The notes under the pieces were generated by a model that saw only the letters and a program-made list of their open reading frames with translations, was not told where the DNA came from and did no database searches. From IMG/VR virus record IMGVR_UViG_3300029305_002455: 38,691 nucleotides of DNA. One strand, written 5' to 3'. Shown piece after piece: positions 1 to 9,705 of the stretch (its first letter is position 1; each line of letters begins with the position of its first letter). The position numbers were made by a program, and so were the translations under genes. This DNA comes from a virus.

Positions 1-110
1 AAGTAAAAGAAATTAAAGATAAAAATATTATCAAAAGTTTACTTGAAGCAGGTTATATTGAACCAGTTGAAGAAAAGAAAACCACTAAAAAGAAAAAAGA
101 AGAAGAATAA
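1..110 (+). CDS. Duplicate 3' fragment of the small protein encoded at 38513..38674 (artefact of the overlap)
   Basis: Same sequence as 38565..38674; stop TAA at 108..110. Confidence 0.6.
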   Translation, partial: VKEIKDKNIIKSLLEAGYIEPVEEKKTTKKKKEEE

Positions 111-127
111 TAAAAAAATGTTCAGAC
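1..127. repeat. Terminal 127-bp direct repeat identical to 38565..38691 (overlap of a circular contig)
   Basis: Bases 1..127 recur base-for-base as the last 127 bases; ORF 38513..38674 reads through the junction. Confidence 0.9.
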
Positions 128-154
128 TAACCTTCCGAAAGGAGGAAAAAATAA

Positions 155-460
155 ATGACAAAAGTAAGTGAAATTACTGCAAAAGAAATTGCTGATTACA
201 TCAGATTAGATGAATATGATGAAAAAGAATTAGTAACTTATCTAAATATTGCTAAAAGTTATATCTCCAACTATACAGGCATACCAGAAACAAGCAAAAA
301 AGAAGGTGCAGAAACACTTGATGATTATGCTGATTTCATTATTGTTGTATATGTTTTATGTCAAGATATGTATGACAATAGAAGTATGTATGTAGATAGC
401 AAAAATATAAACAAGGTAGTGCAAACTATTTTAGATATGCACACAAGGAATAATTTATGA
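155..460 (+). CDS. Head-tail connector (gp6-like) protein
   Basis: 101 aa; SD AAAGGAGG upstream; first gene after the capsid module; N-terminal ...EIADYIRLD.../...YISNYTG pattern typical of gp6-like connectors. Confidence 0.55.
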   Translation: MTKVSEITAKEIADYIRLDEYDEKELVTYLNIAKSYISNYTGIPETSKKEGAETLDDYADFIIVVYVLCQDMYDNRSMYVDSKNINKVVQTILDMHTRNNL

Positions 461-783
461 TAAATGCAGGAGATTATAAACATAAAATATCTATATATCA
501 AGAATTTGTAAGTGAGGATGATGAAGGATTTAAGACTAGATCCAAAAGCATCATCCTTAAACCTTATGCTAAAGTAAAAACTACAAGAGGTATGACTTTG
601 ATTATTAATAATACTGATTTTGAAAAGGCTTATACCAATTTTACAATAAGATATCCTAAAGTAGAAATTACAAGAGATATGAAAATTGAATATAATGGTA
701 AGACCTATTCAATAGAATACCTAAACAACATTGATGAAAAGAATATTGAGTTAGAAATTCAAGCGAAAGTAGTTGAAAAGTAA
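457..783 (+). CDS. Head closure / head-tail adaptor (SPP1 gp16-like)
   Basis: 108 aa; ATGA overlap with upstream gene; size, position and N-terminus (MINAGDYKHKISIYQ) fit this family. Confidence 0.55.
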   Translation: MINAGDYKHKISIYQEFVSEDDEGFKTRSKSIILKPYAKVKTTRGMTLIINNTDFEKAYTNFTIRYPKVEITRDMKIEYNGKTYSIEYLNNIDEKNIELEIQAKVVEK

Positions 784-1217
784 TGGCTAGATTCAAAAGC
801 GAATTGCCAAATGATTTAATTAAAGAACTTGAAGATTTGAAAGAAAATTGTACTGCTATTTTTGGTGAAATGACACAGGCAGGAGCAGAAGAAGTTAAAA
901 AGAATGTAATTCAAAATATGTCAAGTGCTTTCAAGACCACAAAATCTTTACAAGCAGGATTAAAAGTAACTAGAGTATATAAAACACCATCAGATGATGG
1001 AATTAATACTTATATAGGCTTTTATGGTTATGATGCAGATAGTAAACCTACTAAAAGACATCCGAATGGAACACCTATTCCATTGATAGCACAGGCTAGA
1101 GAATATGGAACTTCAAGTGGTGAAGCAAAGAAACCATTTTTCAGAAAATCTTTCAAGAAGAAAGATATTGAACGAGTTATGAAATTAGTTCAAGATAAAT
1201 ATATAAAAGGTGATTAG
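783..1217 (+). CDS. HK97 gp10-like neck/tail component
   Basis: 144 aa; TAATG coupling; MARFKSELPNDLIKELEDL start typical of gp10 family; synteny. Confidence 0.5.
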   Translation: MARFKSELPNDLIKELEDLKENCTAIFGEMTQAGAEEVKKNVIQNMSSAFKTTKSLQAGLKVTRVYKTPSDDGINTYIGFYGYDADSKPTKRHPNGTPIPLIAQAREYGTSSGEAKKPFFRKSFKKKDIERVMKLVQDKYIKGD

Positions 1218-1568
1218 ATGAATGAAGAATTGAAAACAATATTTAAAAATTTTAAAGTCAATGGAAAGAGTATTTCAGTAGAACATTTAAGATATAAAGG
1301 AAAATCAAAAACATTTGTAACTTGGTCCTTATTAACTGAAAGACCTAGTTTAATGGCAGATGATGAAAATTTATATAGCATAGTTGAAGTAGATATAGAT
1401 GTTTTTAGTGATGGCAATTATTTAGATATTATAAAAGAAGTGAAAAAACTGATGAAAAATAATGAATGGGTATGGGTTGAAGATAGTCCAGAAATGTATG
1501 AAGAAGATACAGAACTATATCATAGAACTATAACATTTGAGAAAGAAAGGATGATAATTAATGGCTAA
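1218..1568 (+). CDS. Tail completion / tail terminator-like protein
   Basis: 116 aa; position between gp10-like gene and major tail gene; no motif recognised. Confidence 0.4.
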   Translation: MNEELKTIFKNFKVNGKSISVEHLRYKGKSKTFVTWSLLTERPSLMADDENLYSIVEVDIDVFSDGNYLDIIKEVKKLMKNNEWVWVEDSPEMYEEDTELYHRTITFEKERMIING

Positions 1569-2118
1569 AATCGGTTTGAATAATTTTAAATATTCAAAAC
1601 TTACAGAAGCAGAAGATGGAACTGCATCTTATGAAGGTGTTAAAACTTTAGGTAAGGCTATTGACTGTAAAGTTTCTATTGAAAAATATGAAGCAGAATT
1701 ATGGGCAGATGATAGTTTGGCAGAAAGTGATAATACATTTAAAAAAGGTACTGTAACATTAACAATAGATGAAGATGATGATACAGTATTTGCAGAATTG
1801 CTAGGACACGAAGTTGGCGAAGATGGAGAAATGGTAAGAAAAGATACTGATGTTGCTCCATATGTAGGACTTGGAAGAATTTTAACTAAAGTAGTTAATG
1901 GACAACATAAGTACAAGGTTGAATTTTTACCAAAAGTTAAATTCTCTGAACCAGAACAAGAAGAAGCAACAAAAGGAGATAGCATAGAATTTAAAACTCC
2001 ATCAGTTGAAGGAACAGTATCTAAATTAGCAAATGGAACTTGGTCTAAAGCAAAAACATTTACTACTAAAGAAGAAGCAATTACTTATTTAGATGGATTA
2101 ATGGCAAAGACTGCTTAA
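1561..2118 (+). CDS. Major tail protein (phi13-type)
   Basis: 185 aa; MAKIGLNNFKYSKL... N-terminus; directly upstream of chaperones and tape measure. Confidence 0.6.
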   Translation: MAKIGLNNFKYSKLTEAEDGTASYEGVKTLGKAIDCKVSIEKYEAELWADDSLAESDNTFKKGTVTLTIDEDDDTVFAELLGHEVGEDGEMVRKDTDVAPYVGLGRILTKVVNGQHKYKVEFLPKVKFSEPEQEEATKGDSIEFKTPSVEGTVSKLANGTWSKAKTFTTKEEAITYLDGLMAKTA

Positions 2119-2128
2119 GAGGTAGTTA

Positions 2129-2305
2129 ATGAAAGTAAAAGTTATTGTAATGTTTAGAGATAAATATGACCTTAAGACATTACATAAAGTAAATGATATT
2201 TTAAATATCACAAAAGAAAGATTTGAAGAAATTAAGGATTTTGTTGAAATTATAGAAGAAAGAAATTCCGAAGAAATAGTGAAAAAATCTAATAGAAGGG
2301 GTTAG
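2129..2305 (+). CDS. Small hypothetical protein (58 aa, below ORF-track cut-off)
   Basis: ATG 2129 with SD AGAGG 6 nt upstream; MKVKVIVMFRDKYDLK...; stop TAG 2303..2305 inside the terminator stem. Confidence 0.35.
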   Translation: MKVKVIVMFRDKYDLKTLHKVNDILNITKERFEEIKDFVEIIEERNSEEIVKKSNRRG

Positions 2306-2330
2306 GCATAGAGCTTAACCCTCTTTTTTT
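2299..2330 (+). terminator. Rho-independent terminator after the major tail gene
   Basis: 9-bp stem GGGTTAGGC/GCTTAACCC (one G-T), 5-nt loop, then TCTTTTTTT. Confidence 0.6.
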
Positions 2331-2349
2331 ATAAGAAAGAGAGGAAAAA

Positions 2350-2700
2350 ATGATTAAAGATTACAAATTCAATTTAGAAGTAGAAGGTAAAGAATATCAA
2401 CTTGTATTTAACTTAAATGTAATGCAAGAAATACAAGAAGAATACGGAACACTTGAAAAATGGGGAGAACTAACAGATGGTAAATCTGGAGAAGTAAATG
2501 TTAAGGCTTTAATATTTGGTTTAACTCATATGATTAATGAAGCAATAGATATGAGAAATGATGAAGAAGGAACAAGGGATCTGTTATTAACTCAAAAGCA
2601 AGTTGGAAGATTAATCACTAAAGCAGGTGTTGAAAATAGTGCTAAAAAATTAAATGAAGCAATAGTTGAAAGTACAAAAAGTGATGCAAAAAACGAATAA
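2350..2700 (+). CDS. Tail assembly chaperone (gpG-like)
   Basis: 116 aa; immediately upstream of tape measure; ends with slippery A AAA AAC. Confidence 0.6.
   Translation: MIKDYKFNLEVEGKEYQLVFNLNVMQEIQEEYGTLEKWGELTDGKSGEVNVKALIFGLTHMINEAIDMRNDEEGTRDLLLTQKQVGRLITKAGVENSAKKLNEAIVESTKSDAKNE
2688..2694 (+). other. -1 programmed ribosomal frameshift heptamer A AAA AAC
   Basis: In zero frame as gcA AAA AAC GAA TAA. The -1 frame is open from 2694 through 2930 with no stop and no good independent start. Confidence 0.55.
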
Positions 2701-2930
2701 TCCAAGATGAAGTGGAAGATGAACCTGTTGACTTCACTTGGTTTTATTTTGTAGGCAGGAATAAGTTAGGCTTCACTTTTAAAGAAGTTGGAAGGCTTAC
2801 ATTAAGAACATTTAATAAAATGTATCAACTTTATAAAAATGATTTTGATATGGAAATGAGATTGAAAAATTCAAATACTACATATCAAGAATTAGAAAAA
2901 AAACAAATAGAAGATGAAGAATGGTTTTAA
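2694..2930 (+). CDS. Frameshift extension of the tail chaperone (gpGT-like fusion 2350..2694 + 2694..2930)
   Basis: -1 frame ORF overlapping the end of the G-like gene; conserved G/GT architecture of long-tailed phages. Confidence 0.5.
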   Translation, partial: RIIQDEVEDEPVDFTWFYFVGRNKLGFTFKEVGRLTLRTFNKMYQLYKNDFDMEMRLKNSNTTYQELEKKQIEDEEWF

Positions 2931-2945
2931 GGAAGGAGGGAGAAT

Positions 2946-5372
2946 ATGTCAAGTAGTTATGGTGGAACGATAAAATTAACAGGTGAAACCGAATATAAAA
3001 AAGCCTTAAAAGATATTACTTCAAATTTAAAATTAATGTCTAGTGAAATGAAATTGACTAATACTGCATTTGCTAATGGAGATAAATCTGTTAGGCAGAC
3101 AAAAACTTCTTATGATAATATGAATAAATCAATAGAAGAACAAAAAGAAAAAATTAGTAAATTAAGAACTGCATTAGCACAGGCAGAAAAAGAGTATGGA
3201 AGTAATAATGAAAAAGTTAAGACTTTCAAAACTCAATTAAATAATGCAGAAAATCAGTTGAAGCAAATGGAAGCCCAAACAGATAAATCTACTAAAGAAT
3301 TGAAAGAAATGAGAGATGGCTTTGATGATGCAGGACAAGGAGCAGTTAAGTTTGGCGATTTACTTAAAGCCAATTTAATGAGTGAAGCAATAATAGGTGG
3401 AGTAAAAGCATTAGGAAGTGCAATCAAGACTATTGGTTCAGCATTTGTTGATATTGGTAAACAAGCATTAGATAGTTATGCAGATTATGAACAATTAGTA
3501 GGTGGTGTTGAAACACTATTTGGTACTGGTGGAATGTCAATAGAAGAATATGCACAATCAGTTGGGAAAAGTGTTGATGAAGTAAAAGATAAATATAATC
3601 AACTATATGAAGCACAAGAAAATGTACTTAATGATGCAAATTTTGCTTATGAAACTGCAGGATTAAGTGCTAATGAATATATGGAAACAGTTACTTCATT
3701 TAGTGCTAGTTTGATACAAAGTTTAGAAGGAGATACTTTAAAAGCATCAGATGTTGCAAGGAGAGCAATTATAGATATGTCAGATAATGCAAATAAAATG
3801 GGTACTGATATGTCAATGATCCAAAATGCTTATCAAGGTTTTGCAAAGCAGAATTATACAATGCTAGATAACTTGAAATTAGGTTATGGTGGTACAAAAA
3901 CAGAAATGGAAAGACTTATTTATGATGCTTCACAAATGACAGAAATTCAAAAGAAATTAGGAATTGAAGTAGATGCAAGTAGTATGTCATTTGGTAATGT
4001 TGTAAATGCAATAAGTGTTATGCAAGAAAGTATGGGTATAGCAGGAACAACCTCAAAAGAAGCAAGTACAACAATAACTGGTTCATTAAATATGATGAAA
4101 TCTGCTTGGCAAAATATGTTGACAGAACTAGCAAGTGGTGGACACGAAAGTGGTTTTCAACATACATTAGACCTTTTAGTAGAAAGTGTTTTAACATTTG
4201 CAGATAATGTAATTCCAATAGTAGATAATATAATAACTGGTATAGTAAATTTAATAGTAGGGTTAGCAGGTAAGTTAGTTGAACATATGCCAACAATGTT
4301 GGAAACAGGTATGAGCCTATTACAAACTTTGATGGATGGTATGACTTCAATGTTACCACAATTATTGCCGATAGTATTGCAAATAGTAAATAATTTAACA
4401 ACATTTATAGTTCAAAATTTACCGACAATAATTAATGCAGGTGTTCAAATGTTGATTTCTATAATTAATGGTATTGTAAGTGCATTGCCACAATTAATAC
4501 CTGCAATAATAGAAATAGTAAAAACTTTGGTAACAGTAATAACAGAAAACTTGCCTACAATAATAGAAGCAGGTGTAGAAATACTATTTGCTTTAATGGA
4601 AGGTATTGCAGAAGCATTGCCAGATTTAGTTCCACAAATAGTTAAAGTTATCATTAAAATAATGGAAATATTCAATGAAAACTTTGATAAATTCTTGATG
4701 CTAGGAATTAAAGTTATTTTAGGATTAATAGAAGGTCTTATAAAATCAATACCAGATATATTAAAAAATCTACCAACGATTATTATGGCGATTATTAATT
4801 TCTTTACATTGAGTAAGTTCTTAACTTTAGGTAAAACAATAATAAAAGGTTTAGTTAATGGATTAACAACATCAGTACCGAACTTGTTAAAAGAAATACC
4901 GAAGTTAATTGGTAAGATAATAAATAGTTTCAAAAATGGTGGTTGGTCTGGAGTTGGACAAGATATTATAAAAGGGATCTGTAATGGTTTTTCTTCTATG
5001 GGTGATTTTATATGGAAGGCTATTAAAAAGGTAGGAAATTCAATGCTTGATGGCATTAAAAGTTTCTTTGGAATTAAATCACCTTCAAGACTTATGAAAG
5101 ACCAAGTAGGAACTTATTTGGCAGAAGGTATTGGAGTAGGTTTTGAAGATACAATGACAGATGTTTCAAGAGATATGGCAGATGCAATTCCTACTAATTT
5201 TGATACAAGTATAAATGCAAATTTAAAAGGAAATTCAAGTTCAAGTATATCAAACTATGATAATATGGTTAATGCTTTCAAAAAGGCTTTATCAGAAATG
5301 AAAGTAGAAATGGATGGCAGACAAATGGGAATATTTGTAGAAGATACAATGGAAAGGTTGGTGTATTCATAA
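2946..5372 (+). CDS. Tape measure protein
   Basis: 808 aa; coiled-coil N-terminus, long hydrophobic repeat core, position after G/GT. Confidence 0.85.
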   Translation: MSSSYGGTIKLTGETEYKKALKDITSNLKLMSSEMKLTNTAFANGDKSVRQTKTSYDNMNKSIEEQKEKISKLRTALAQAEKEYGSNNEKVKTFKTQLNNAENQLKQMEAQTDKSTKELKEMRDGFDDAGQGAVKFGDLLKANLMSEAIIGGVKALGSAIKTIGSAFVDIGKQALDSYADYEQLVGGVETLFGTGGMSIEEYAQSVGKSVDEVKDKYNQLYEAQENVLNDANFAYETAGLSANEYMETVTSFSASLIQSLEGDTLKASDVARRAIIDMSDNANKMGTDMSMIQNAYQGFAKQNYTMLDNLKLGYGGTKTEMERLIYDASQMTEIQKKLGIEVDASSMSFGNVVNAISVMQESMGIAGTTSKEASTTITGSLNMMKSAWQNMLTELASGGHESGFQHTLDLLVESVLTFADNVIPIVDNIITGIVNLIVGLAGKLVEHMPTMLETGMSLLQTLMDGMTSMLPQLLPIVLQIVNNLTTFIVQNLPTIINAGVQMLISIINGIVSALPQLIPAIIEIVKTLVTVITENLPTIIEAGVEILFALMEGIAEALPDLVPQIVKVIIKIMEIFNENFDKFLMLGIKVILGLIEGLIKSIPDILKNLPTIIMAIINFFTLSKFLTLGKTIIKGLVNGLTTSVPNLLKEIPKLIGKIINSFKNGGWSGVGQDIIKGICNGFSSMGDFIWKAIKKVGNSMLDGIKSFFGIKSPSRLMKDQVGTYLAEGIGVGFEDTMTDVSRDMADAIPTNFDTSINANLKGNSSSSISNYDNMVNAFKKALSEMKVEMDGRQMGIFVEDTMERLVYS

Positions 5373-6067
5373 TGAGCCATATAATTTGGAAAGATATTGA
5401 TAGTAGAACTATTAAAGGTTTAATTATAAGTGAATTGCCACCTATAACAAAGCCTAAAATGAGAGTTCAAGAAACAAAAATTGATGGAGTTGATGGTTCT
5501 ATAATAGAAGAACTAGGTTATGAAAGTTATGATAAGTCAATGAAAATAGGTCTATCTTATAATTATGATATAGATGAAATTGTTAAATATTTTTCTGGAG
5601 AAAGTAATATTGTATTTAGTAATGAGCCAGATAAATATTATAAAGTAAGAATACTGGACCAAATAGACTATGAAAGATTATTGAGATTTAAAGAAGCAAT
5701 AGTTAAATTTAGAGTTCAGCCTTTTAAATATCTTTATCAAGAGCATAAGTTAGTTTTTGATAATTTAGAAGATAGCATTATAGTTGTAAATAAAGGGTTA
5801 GAAAATTCAAAGCCTATTATAACTATTACAGGAACAGGAACTATTGAATTTAGATTAGAAGATATGTCTATATTCAAATATACATTTCCAGAAGGAGAAG
5901 ATACAGTAATAATTGATAGTGAAAAGCAAGATGCTTATTTAGGTTCAGAATTAAGAAATAGAAATATGATAGGTGAATTTCCTGTATTCAAAAGTGGTAA
6001 AAATAAAATTTCTTTTGATGGAACTATTACCAAATTAGAAGTAGAACCAAAAAGCAGATGGATTTAA
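5372..6067 (+). CDS. Distal tail protein (Dit)
   Basis: 231 aa; TAATG coupling to TMP; Sipho_tail-like N-terminus (...IKGLIISELPPITKPKMRVQETKIDGVDGS...). Confidence 0.65.
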   Translation: MSHIIWKDIDSRTIKGLIISELPPITKPKMRVQETKIDGVDGSIIEELGYESYDKSMKIGLSYNYDIDEIVKYFSGESNIVFSNEPDKYYKVRILDQIDYERLLRFKEAIVKFRVQPFKYLYQEHKLVFDNLEDSIIVVNKGLENSKPIITITGTGTIEFRLEDMSIFKYTFPEGEDTVIIDSEKQDAYLGSELRNRNMIGEFPVFKSGKNKISFDGTITKLEVEPKSRWI

Positions 6068-6079
6068 AGGAGGAATAAT

Positions 6080-6415
6080 ATGAAGAAAGTTTATGAAATT
6101 ACTAGAGGTAACACAAAAGGAATTGAAATAGTAATAAAAGATGGTGAAACTTCAGTAGAAGTTGATGAATTATATTTTACTGTTAAAGAAGATTGTTGTG
6201 TTGAAGAAGTAATATTTCAAAAAAAATTAAGTGAAGAAATCATTTATAAAGATGGTGCTTATTATATAGTTATAAGCCCAGATGATACAAGTTCATTAGA
6301 ATATGGAAGATATGTATATGATATTAAATTTATAAAAGATGGCATCAAGAAAACTATTGAAAAAGGAATATTTTTAGTATCAGAAGAAGTAACATTCGCT
6401 TGTAATGAGGTGTAG
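6080..6415 (+). CDS. Small beta-rich protein, paralog of 13144..13473
   Basis: 111 aa. About one third identical to the 13144 product, with shared RG-T, FQK-L, G-YY-V-I-P-DT and C-terminal EVTF-CNEV. Confidence 0.5.
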   Translation: MKKVYEITRGNTKGIEIVIKDGETSVEVDELYFTVKEDCCVEEVIFQKKLSEEIIYKDGAYYIVISPDDTSSLEYGRYVYDIKFIKDGIKKTIEKGIFLVSEEVTFACNEV

Positions 6416-6417
6416 TT

Positions 6418-8043
6418 ATGGAAGCAATTATAGATAAATTAAAAAACTTCAATTATTCAGTATCAAAAAAATGTATAGGCTATAAAAACAAAAAAGCAGA
6501 AGGTACAAGCATAAGTTTGAACGATAGTGTAGGTTGCAAAATGTCTAGTTTTAAATTAGATGGTAGAAGTATTCAAGAAACTAGAAGTGGTAAGAACTTG
6601 TTACCATTTGCTAATCAAGATTTTACAGTAAAAGGAGTACGATTTTATGCTATTGATGGAGATTTATATTTAGATGGTACAAGTACTGGAGATATAAGTT
6701 CTAATAGTGAAGAATACAAAAATAATTTCTCATTTACGCTTCCTGCTGGAACATATCATTTTGAAAGAGGAACAGGTGCTAGTACTCCTACTGATAGCCA
6801 AATAGCGACTTATATAAGAAAATATGATGATAATGAAACTTTAATAACAAATGCTGGTACTTTCACATTAACAGAAAAAACGAAACTATATATAGGATTT
6901 TATTCGTTTATGAACCAAATTTTTAACAATAGAAAAATGAATGCTCAATTAGAACAAGGAGATACTGCAACCGAATACGAAACTTGTGGTGCTAGTCCTA
7001 GTCCAGATTATCCAAGTGAAATAGAAGTAATTGAAGATAATGTAGAAGTTAATGTTGTTGGGAAGAATTTAGCCAATTTAACCAGACCTACATTTACGAG
7101 TAGTGGAGTAACATTTACAAATAATGGAGATGGAACATATACATTGAACGGAACTTGTACAAATGGTACAGACAATAATTTATTAGTAAATGATAATATT
7201 AAAATTCATAAGAATAAATTTTATAAGTTATCTATAAAAGTTCTTGGTGGAACTAAAAATAATATAATAGCATTGTCAAATATAAGATTGGTTGTTGGTG
7301 AAACTAAAACATGGAATTGGTTAAATTCAGATGCTCCCGCAAAATCTTCATTAGAAGATGGTTATATTGATTATGTAAATTATTTTATTAATAAAGGTGC
7401 AGTATTTAATGATTACAGAATTGGAATACAATTAGAAATGGTTGATAATGAAAATTCTTTAGCAACTGAATTTGTACCATATCAAGAAAATGCAATAGAG
7501 TTGATTTTACCAGAACCAATATGTAGTTTACCAAATGGAGTAAAAGATGAAATATACATTAAAGATGGTAAAGCATATTTAAAAAAGAATGTTGGTAGAG
7601 TTGATTTAGGTACTCTTGTATGGGCATATAAATCAGATTATGGTTTCAGTTCTACAATAACAGGTGCTAAAGGACCAGTGAATAATAACACCAAAGCAAA
7701 TGCAATGTGTGATATTTACACAGTATATACAGCAAATAATTGTTATGGGCTAACTGGTTCAATATCAAGTGGAATATCTATAACTATGAGTGGTACGGGT
7801 GTTATTGTAAGAGAAACTAATTACACTGATGTCGAAACATTTACAAATGCAATGAGTGGTTATTATTTTTATTATGAATTAACAGAACCTTATGAAATTG
7901 ATTTAGGAGCAGTAACAATGCTTAAAACATATAAAAATGTATCTAACATATTTAATAGTAAAGATACTAATATGAATATTGAATATTGTTCTAATGAAAT
8001 AGTGGATGTAGAAAAATATAGTATTGAAGTAAAGGAAATTTAG
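6418..8043 (+). CDS. Putative receptor-binding / carbohydrate-binding tail protein
   Basis: 541 aa; two internally similar segments each beginning GKNL... (jelly-roll/CBM-like); lies between Dit and Tal. Confidence 0.4.
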   Translation: MEAIIDKLKNFNYSVSKKCIGYKNKKAEGTSISLNDSVGCKMSSFKLDGRSIQETRSGKNLLPFANQDFTVKGVRFYAIDGDLYLDGTSTGDISSNSEEYKNNFSFTLPAGTYHFERGTGASTPTDSQIATYIRKYDDNETLITNAGTFTLTEKTKLYIGFYSFMNQIFNNRKMNAQLEQGDTATEYETCGASPSPDYPSEIEVIEDNVEVNVVGKNLANLTRPTFTSSGVTFTNNGDGTYTLNGTCTNGTDNNLLVNDNIKIHKNKFYKLSIKVLGGTKNNIIALSNIRLVVGETKTWNWLNSDAPAKSSLEDGYIDYVNYFINKGAVFNDYRIGIQLEMVDNENSLATEFVPYQENAIELILPEPICSLPNGVKDEIYIKDGKAYLKKNVGRVDLGTLVWAYKSDYGFSSTITGAKGPVNNNTKANAMCDIYTVYTANNCYGLTGSISSGISITMSGTGVIVRETNYTDVETFTNAMSGYYFYYELTEPYEIDLGAVTMLKTYKNVSNIFNSKDTNMNIEYCSNEIVDVEKYSIEVKEI

Positions 8044-8044
8044 T

Positions 8045-9694
8045 ATGATTAAAGTTTATGATAGTACAGAAACTTTATTTGAAACAAATGGAATTAAAAC
8101 TTTGCATCCATTAATTGCAGAAATAACGAAAAGAGATAACTCGGATTATTATATAGAGTTAAGGGATCTAGTTGATAATTTAAAGTATTATCAAAAAGGA
8201 ATGATAGTCCGAGTTCCTACTCCTTGGGGAGTTCAAGGTTTTAGATGCGATAACCCTAAAATAAAGAATAATAGAGTAGAATGTACTGCTTGGCATTTAA
8301 GTTATGATGCTAAAAATTACATTATTAAAGATAGTTATTCAGTAGATAAAAATTGTAATGATGCTTTGGACCATTTTAATAGTGCTACTGATAGAAAAAG
8401 TCCATTTACTACTATTAGTGATATAACAATTATAAAGAGTGCAAGAATGGTAAGGAAATCTTTATATGAAGTATATGGAGAATTAGTTAATGACTATTAT
8501 GGAGGTCATTGGTATAGAGATAATTTTACTTTAGGAATAAAGTCAAGTATTGGAGAAGATAGGGGAGTAGTATTAGCACAAAATAAGAATATAACCAATA
8601 TAGAAACATCTGAAAATTGGGATGATGTATGCACTAAAATATTGCCATATACAACTGATGGAGAAGTTGCAATATTACTTGATAATACTTATGTAGAATT
8701 AGAAGAAGAATTGTATGATATACCATACACAAAGGTTGTTAAATTTGAAAATGAATTAGACAAAGAAAATTATGCAACAGAAGAAGAATATATTTCTGCA
8801 TCAAAAGAATGGTTGTTAGCACAAGCAAATGCTTATCTGCAAGAAAATAAATTGCCTAAAATAAATTATTCTGTATCTGCAAAAATAGATAATGTTTCAG
8901 ATGTAGGAGATGTTATATATGTAAAGCATCCTAAATGTAAGGTAGATATTCAAACAAGTGTAATTGGAGTAGTTTATGATGCAAATAGAAATAAATATAT
9001 TAAGATAGAATTTGGTAATTTTAAGAACGAAATAAAGAATTTAAGTCAAAAAATTACTGCTGATGCAAATAAATATTCAGATGAAAAAATTTCAGAAAAT
9101 AAAGTGTTATTAGAAAAAGAATTAGAAGAAGCAACTGCAAAAATCAATTCAGTATTGGGATCTAGTTTTGTAATTAATAATGGGAATGAAATTTTAGTAG
9201 TAGATAGGTTACCAAAAGAAGAAGCGATATATTGTATAAAAATAAATAGTGCAGGAATTGGTTTTAGTTCTACTGGAATAAATGGACCATTTAATAGTGC
9301 TTGGACCATAGATGGCACTTTAAATATGCAAAATATAAATGTAATTAATTTTACTGCATCATTAATAAAAGGTGGAGTATTAAAGTTAGGTGGAGTTGAT
9401 AATTCAAGTGGAACATTTGAATTATATGATAATGCTAATAATTTAATGGCATTAATGGACAAGACAGGTTTAACAGTTTATGCAACAAATGGTGATTATG
9501 TAAGATTAAATGCAGTAGAAGGTTTTGCAGGTTATGATAAAAACAATAACAAAGTTTATTGGGCAGATGGCAATGTTTTTCATATGGAAAATGCAGAAAT
9601 TGAAAACATAGCAAAATTTGCAGGAATGATACAAATGGTTCCAGTATCAACAAGTAGCAATAAAGGAATAGGCTTTGTTGCTATTAGTAGTTAG
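8045..9694 (+). CDS. Tail-associated protein (Tal; phage minor structural protein N-terminal family)
   Basis: 549 aa; MIKVYDSTETLFETNGIKTLHPLIAEI... is the typical N-terminus of this family. Confidence 0.65.
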   Translation: MIKVYDSTETLFETNGIKTLHPLIAEITKRDNSDYYIELRDLVDNLKYYQKGMIVRVPTPWGVQGFRCDNPKIKNNRVECTAWHLSYDAKNYIIKDSYSVDKNCNDALDHFNSATDRKSPFTTISDITIIKSARMVRKSLYEVYGELVNDYYGGHWYRDNFTLGIKSSIGEDRGVVLAQNKNITNIETSENWDDVCTKILPYTTDGEVAILLDNTYVELEEELYDIPYTKVVKFENELDKENYATEEEYISASKEWLLAQANAYLQENKLPKINYSVSAKIDNVSDVGDVIYVKHPKCKVDIQTSVIGVVYDANRNKYIKIEFGNFKNEIKNLSQKITADANKYSDEKISENKVLLEKELEEATAKINSVLGSSFVINNGNEILVVDRLPKEEAIYCIKINSAGIGFSSTGINGPFNSAWTIDGTLNMQNINVINFTASLIKGGVLKLGGVDNSSGTFELYDNANNLMALMDKTGLTVYATNGDYVRLNAVEGFAGYDKNNNKVYWADGNVFHMENAEIENIAKFAGMIQMVPVSTSSNKGIGFVAISS

Positions 9695-9705
9695 GAGGTG
9701 AAGAT

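Noticed and set aside
4445-5056. Long - strand ORFs inside + strand genes. Examples: 203 aa at 4445..5056, 179 aa at 23145..23684, and those at 1629..1985, 9046..9462, 13454..13705, 19483..19782, 31286..31633 and 34238..34573.
   Set aside because: They are antisense to well-supported structural or enzymatic genes. They lack SD sequences and are low-complexity (Leu/Ile/Ser/Phe-rich), as expected from reading AT-rich coding DNA backwards.
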